This document shows, piece after piece, positions 16,351 to 20,000 of a stretch of DNA of 20,000 bases; the first letter of the stretch is position 1; each line of letters opens with the position of its first letter. Made by a program: the position numbers and the translations under genes. The notes beneath the pieces are model-generated. The model worked only from the letters and a program-made list of their open reading frames with translations. It was not told the DNA's origin and did no database searches. This DNA is from an uncultured virus (IMG/VR IMGVR_UViG_3300031088_000821) (lineage: Duplodnaviria; Heunggongvirae; Uroviricota; Caudoviricetes): IMG/VR virus record IMGVR_UViG_3300031088_000821; one strand, given 5' to 3'.

Positions 16351-17445
16351 ATGAAAAAACGAAGCAATAGAATACGGAGAGCTGTCAGCATTTCCACGCT
16401 GGCTTTGGGAGTCACACTCATCGGCCTTGCGACTACGCAGGCCACTGCCGCCATTTCTCCCCTCGAGGGCACAATCTCTATGCTCGATCAAATAGAGGAT
16501 GGCTATGAAGCGACTATCTACATAGCAAGTTCAAAGGGCACAGAATCTCTGACGGTATCTTCTTCGAAGACAACCGTGCGCAATGTGCTCGAAGAGCGGG
16601 GCTACGATGCGGATTCCCTTCTAGCAGAAAACGGCGAGTCCATTCCCGTGGGCCACAGGCTAGCCAATGGCGAAAGCTACATGGCTTACGAGAGCGGCAT
16701 CGAAGGGTCGTCGGAAGAGGTTTCCATTCCGGCGCCCACTGTGAGAAAGGATGATCCCTCTCTCTATGTGGGCCAAGAGGTGGCCTCTAAGAAAGGCTCC
16801 GACGGGAAAGCCATCAAGACCACCGTTGTCTACTATGATGTGGAAGATAGCCCATCTAAGAAATCGATAGGTCTAGCCGCTTCGGAGGAGAGCTACTACA
16901 CCGTGACGGTGGCTCCAGTTGCCAACGAGCTTCGCGTGGGCACAAAAATCTGTGAAGCTGACTACATCTGCGAGATCCTAGATGCCATGGATGAGAGCTC
17001 CTTCGAGTTCGGGGACTATGGCCATCCTCTTGGAGATTCCCGTGATTGGACTACCTATTCGGGTAGCGAGTCCCACGATGGAGGAGCGGTGGACTTCCCT
17101 CTAGCTTCGGGAACTCCCATCTATGCGGTTGCTGATGGAGTAGTAGAAGGTGCCGGCTGGATGGGTAGCGGAGGCAACATGGCTCTCATCAAGCATGAAG
17201 ATGGCTACACCACAGGCTATGCTCATATGGTTGAGCTACCCGTTGTGAAAACTGGAGACAAAGTAAAGAAGGGCCAACTCATTGGCCATGTGGGTTCCAC
17301 AGGTCGGTCGACTGGACCTCATCTCCACTTCCAGGTTCAGCTGAATGGCGAGCGGATACCAACCTATGACTACATGGTTCTCCACGGGGTAAAAATTGGC
17401 GATTGCGTGGACGGCCCCTGTGAGCTCGCTCAGAAGTCTTCCTAG
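16351..17445 (+). CDS. Secreted cell-wall endopeptidase, DUF348-like + G5 + M23 domains
   Basis: Signal peptide ending ATA-A; KTTVRNVLEERG (DUF348-like); SIPAPTVRKDDPSLYVGQEVASKKGSDGK...VANELRVGTK (G5); M23: H..GAVDF, GTPIYAVADG, YAHM, GHVGSTGRSTGPHLHF. Confidence 0.88.
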   Translation: MKKRSNRIRRAVSISTLALGVTLIGLATTQATAAISPLEGTISMLDQIEDGYEATIYIASSKGTESLTVSSSKTTVRNVLEERGYDADSLLAENGESIPVGHRLANGESYMAYESGIEGSSEEVSIPAPTVRKDDPSLYVGQEVASKKGSDGKAIKTTVVYYDVEDSPSKKSIGLAASEESYYTVTVAPVANELRVGTKICEADYICEILDAMDESSFEFGDYGHPLGDSRDWTTYSGSESHDGGAVDFPLASGTPIYAVADGVVEGAGWMGSGGNMALIKHEDGYTTGYAHMVELPVVKTGDKVKKGQLIGHVGSTGRSTGPHLHFQVQLNGERIPTYDYMVLHGVKIGDCVDGPCELAQKSS

Positions 17446-17492
17446 CCTTGGAATCGTGAGGGCTTTGAGCTCTAGCTGAACGAGATCTGTCG

Positions 17493-17556
17493 ATCTCAGC
17501 GCTGCGTCTAGAGGGTCGAATCTATCGACCCTCTAGATCGCTTTAGGGCGCTTAGA
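17493..17556. repeat. Hairpin element copy B; may also act as terminator of the M23 gene
   Basis: Outer ATCTCAGCGC (17493-17502)...GGGCGCTTAGA (17546-17556); inner perfect 13-bp stem TCTAGAGGGTCGA (17507-17519) / TCGACCCTCTAGA (17525-17537). Confidence 0.65.
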
Positions 17557-17657
17557 GTTTACCATTTGTTGGTACTAGTCAACTTCGCATCATCATGCGC
17601 CAGCGATCATTTTAGAGCCAAAGGTGGCATCTTCGAATCCGAATCGGAGAAACCACA

Positions 17658-17671
17658 CTTTGTTAGGATGA
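17658..17671 (+). promoter_or_regulatory. Repeated promoter motif, extended -10 (TG-T-TAGGAT)
   Basis: CTTTGTTAGGATGA upstream of RBS AGGAGG (17686-17691) and ATG 17703. Confidence 0.65.
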
Positions 17672-17702
17672 TTCCAACTGTCCCCAGGAGGAAAGCTAAT
17701 CT

Positions 17703-18953
17703 ATGAGCTTCAAACTTGCCCATCTCTCGGATATTCACGCGGGCTACAGATCTGGCCGCCGAGTCAACGCCGAAGGCGTAAATCTTCGAGCGCAGGACGG
17801 CTATGACGCTTTGCGTAGCGCAGTGGACTCCATCATCGAAGAAGAGGTGGATGCTGTTGTCATAGCTGGAGACACCATGCACGTAGCTGAGCCCGATATC
17901 AGATCCCTCATCGAAGTTCAGACCCAGCTCCGGCGGCTCGCAGCTGCTGGAATAAAGGTCTACATGCTTGCCGGCAACCACGAGACAACTGACATCAGGG
18001 CAGATATAGCTTCTTCGAAGATCTTCGATGATCCCTGGAGGGGCATTCACTCCTATGCGACGCCCTACGAGAAGGTGGAAATAGCTGATGGCATTTGGCT
18101 CCATCTAGTGTCCCATCACATGTATGGAGACCAGGCTCACACCATGAATCAGGTGAAGTCTGTGGATGGCGCCATCAACATTTTCTCCACCCACGGCTCA
18201 GCCATCGATCCCCTCTTAGAGATGGCTCTCCACGCTGAAATGTCCCCCCGGGAGATCGTCATTCCCGATGCGCTTCTCGAAGATCAGGATTGGGACTACG
18301 TGCTGCTGGGACACATCCACGAGCGCGGTTGGGTTGGGTCGAAGGACAACAAGACCGACACCTATGGCAGCAGAATCTACTACAATGGTTCGATCCTCCG
18401 GCGAGGGTTCAGCGATAAGGAGGTGCCGCTGGGCAGAGGCTGGACGCTTTGGACAATCGAAGATGACGGCTCCATGAGCTACGACATTCGGACTGTTCAT
18501 CAGCGGACTCAACTCGACTTTAAAGCTATCAATGCCAAAAAGCTTTCAGCTGCCGCTATCACCGAAAAAATCATCGACAATCTGCGAGCCAGCCAGGGGG
18601 ATACGGGCACACAGTTCTTTGGAGAAACTGCCCCCATTCTTCGCCAGCAGATCACGAATCTCACGCCCGCCAAGCAGATCGGCTTGGACTGGAAGTCTAT
18701 AGACAGAGAAACTGGCCACGCTTTCATGTTCCTCACAAAGAAGTCGCTGGACGATAGCATCGATAGGTCGGGTAGCACCGTAGATCCAGGAAGCTTCGCC
18801 CAAAGCACAGATGTGGTGCAGGTCTACGATAAGTGGGCAGAGAAATCTGAGATTCTCAAGGGATTGTCTAAAGATGATCGCAAGGAAACCCAGCAGAAGG
18901 CTAGAGCTTTTGTGCGCCAGGGCCAAGAGGGAGAGCTCGAATCAGATGACTGA
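17703..18953 (+). CDS. sbcD: SbcD/Mre11-family metallophosphoesterase DNA nuclease
   Basis: All five phosphoesterase motifs: HLSDIH, IAGDTMH, AGNHE, STHG, LGHIH; plus YYNGS...FSD and a C-terminal helical tail. Confidence 0.88.
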   Translation: MSFKLAHLSDIHAGYRSGRRVNAEGVNLRAQDGYDALRSAVDSIIEEEVDAVVIAGDTMHVAEPDIRSLIEVQTQLRRLAAAGIKVYMLAGNHETTDIRADIASSKIFDDPWRGIHSYATPYEKVEIADGIWLHLVSHHMYGDQAHTMNQVKSVDGAINIFSTHGSAIDPLLEMALHAEMSPREIVIPDALLEDQDWDYVLLGHIHERGWVGSKDNKTDTYGSRIYYNGSILRRGFSDKEVPLGRGWTLWTIEDDGSMSYDIRTVHQRTQLDFKAINAKKLSAAAITEKIIDNLRASQGDTGTQFFGETAPILRQQITNLTPAKQIGLDWKSIDRETGHAFMFLTKKSLDDSIDRSGSTVDPGSFAQSTDVVQVYDKWAEKSEILKGLSKDDRKETQQKARAFVRQGQEGELESDD

Positions 18954-19839
18954 TGAAATGACTAAACCGAACGATGATGCAGGGACTTCGAAGGTCCCCG
19001 AAGAGCAGCCCAGTAGAGCCCAGCTGCGATCCCAGCAGAGGGCTACCGAGAAGAGCTCTCGGCCCCTCAAGATCACAGCTCTCATTCTGGGAATACTTTT
19101 GGCCATTGCGGCATTTGCGGTCTATGCCCAGGCCTATCTCATTCCCCAGAGAGACGCCCAAAGCATTCTCGATGGAGCGGTTGCCAATAGGGGTGCCATC
19201 GAAGCTTCTAACACGGAGCTGAAAACCTTCACGGGACAGGCTCCTCAGGGCGCTAACTCCGAGCAGAAAGCCCTAGCGCAGGGCGGGGAAATCACCGATC
19301 CCGCCATGTTTGTCTACACTAACGGCAAGAGCGAAGACAAGCCAGTTCTTGACTTCTACTTGAACTTCTCCGATCAGCGCTCCAGGGACGCCTTTATCTT
19401 CAACTCGGGAACCCTCAAGGCGCTCGTAGAATCCGGGCAGATCGAACTGCGAGTTCATTCGCTCTTGGATGGCAAAGCCTATTCTATGTATGCTTCAGAG
19501 GCCTTAGCTGAAGTTTTCGCTGCTGATAGCGGCTATGCATGGCAAGCGCTCACAGAGCTGCTGCGACAGGCTCCATCATTAGTCAGCATAGATGACGCCA
19601 ACGCAATGGCTGCTGAAATCACCGAAACAATGGAAAACCTCGGAGTTGCGACGGTGAGCGAGGAATCCATACAGAATGGTACCTTCGCCTCGTGGCTGCT
19701 CACAGTCGGGGATGATCCTCAGCTCAACAGCGGAACAGGGGTGAGCTTGCCTCTGATTGTCAAGGACGGAAAGGCTCTCAACCTCTCGGTGGATGAGCTC
19801 AACAATGCGGATCTCTTCCGCAAGGCGGTGATGGAGTAA
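18946..19839 (+). CDS. Membrane-anchored DsbA/thioredoxin-fold protein lacking CxxC
   Basis: Probable start ATG 18946 (track start 18811 lies deep inside sbcD). TM helix, then VLDFYLNFSDQRS...GTLKALVESGQIELRVH resembling actinobacterial DsbA (VxxYxDFxCPxC...LxxLVxxGxIxLxxH), and SLPLIVKDGK (cf. GTPTxxxNG). Confidence 0.65.
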   Translation: MTDEMTKPNDDAGTSKVPEEQPSRAQLRSQQRATEKSSRPLKITALILGILLAIAAFAVYAQAYLIPQRDAQSILDGAVANRGAIEASNTELKTFTGQAPQGANSEQKALAQGGEITDPAMFVYTNGKSEDKPVLDFYLNFSDQRSRDAFIFNSGTLKALVESGQIELRVHSLLDGKAYSMYASEALAEVFAADSGYAWQALTELLRQAPSLVSIDDANAMAAEITETMENLGVATVSEESIQNGTFASWLLTVGDDPQLNSGTGVSLPLIVKDGKALNLSVDELNNADLFRKAVME

Positions 19840-20000
19840 TGGCTGTTAAAAGTTCTAGGAAAATGGCTCTCTGGATTCTGCTGGTGGCTACGGCAATCGC
19901 CGTGACGGCTGGCGCAATAGCGCTCATCAGCCAACCCGAACCGGTGCCTATGGCGCCCGGCCCATCCTACCACAACGAGGCTCCGGAGGAGGTTCTTTGA
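19839..20000 (+). CDS. 53-aa small membrane/secreted protein (not in ORF track)
   Basis: TAATG overlap; MAVKSSRKMALWILLVATAIAVTAGAIALISQPEPVPMAPGPSYHNEAPEEVL; stop TGA at 19998-20000. Confidence 0.65.
   Translation: MAVKSSRKMALWILLVATAIAVTAGAIALISQPEPVPMAPGPSYHNEAPEEVL

Noticed and set aside
17446..17700. tRNA or known riboswitch in the structured intergenic region
   Set aside because: No cloverleaf with T-loop/D-loop consensus or recognisable riboswitch core; reported instead as a hairpin element.
18811..18945. Cys-containing N-terminal extension of the DsbA-like ORF
   Set aside because: Lies inside sbcD; ATG 18946 overlapping the sbcD end is the more plausible start.
151..19973. Many minus-strand and alternative-frame ORFs in the track (e.g. 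4101..5096, 6500..7390, 9323..9991, 2600..3220)
   Set aside because: They overlap well-supported + strand genes, have no recognisable motifs, and look like antisense shadows of biased codon usage.

Overview
All credible genes lie on the + strand and are tightly packed. No ribosomal, tRNA, IS or CRISPR features were seen. There are two interleaved gene sets. (i) A divergent DNA replication/recombination toolkit: beta-clamp C-terminus, HolA-like clamp-loader delta, RecG with a long N-terminal extension, Pif1-family helicase, SbcD/Mre11 nuclease, class Ib NrdE and a possible UvsY-like mediator. (ii) Envelope/secretion genes: A24-like prepilin peptidase, signal peptidase I, lipoprotein, kinase-free 4xPASTA protein, G5+M23 peptidase, Cys-less DsbA-like protein and a 53-aa membrane peptide. 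There is also a Clp ATPase with a degenerate first AAA module and an IGF loop. None of these genes sits in its usual chromosomal context, so the best reading (inference) is a large actinobacterial extrachromosomal element (megaplasmid or jumbo phage-like). A highly divergent bacterial chromosome is not excluded. Non-coding highlights: a 14-nt promoter-like motif (CTTYGWYANNNTGA) in five intergenic gaps, and a ~64-nt hairpin element with a conserved outer stem that occurs twice, each time about 100 nt upstream of that motif. Family calls come from motif recognition by eye; no database searches were run.
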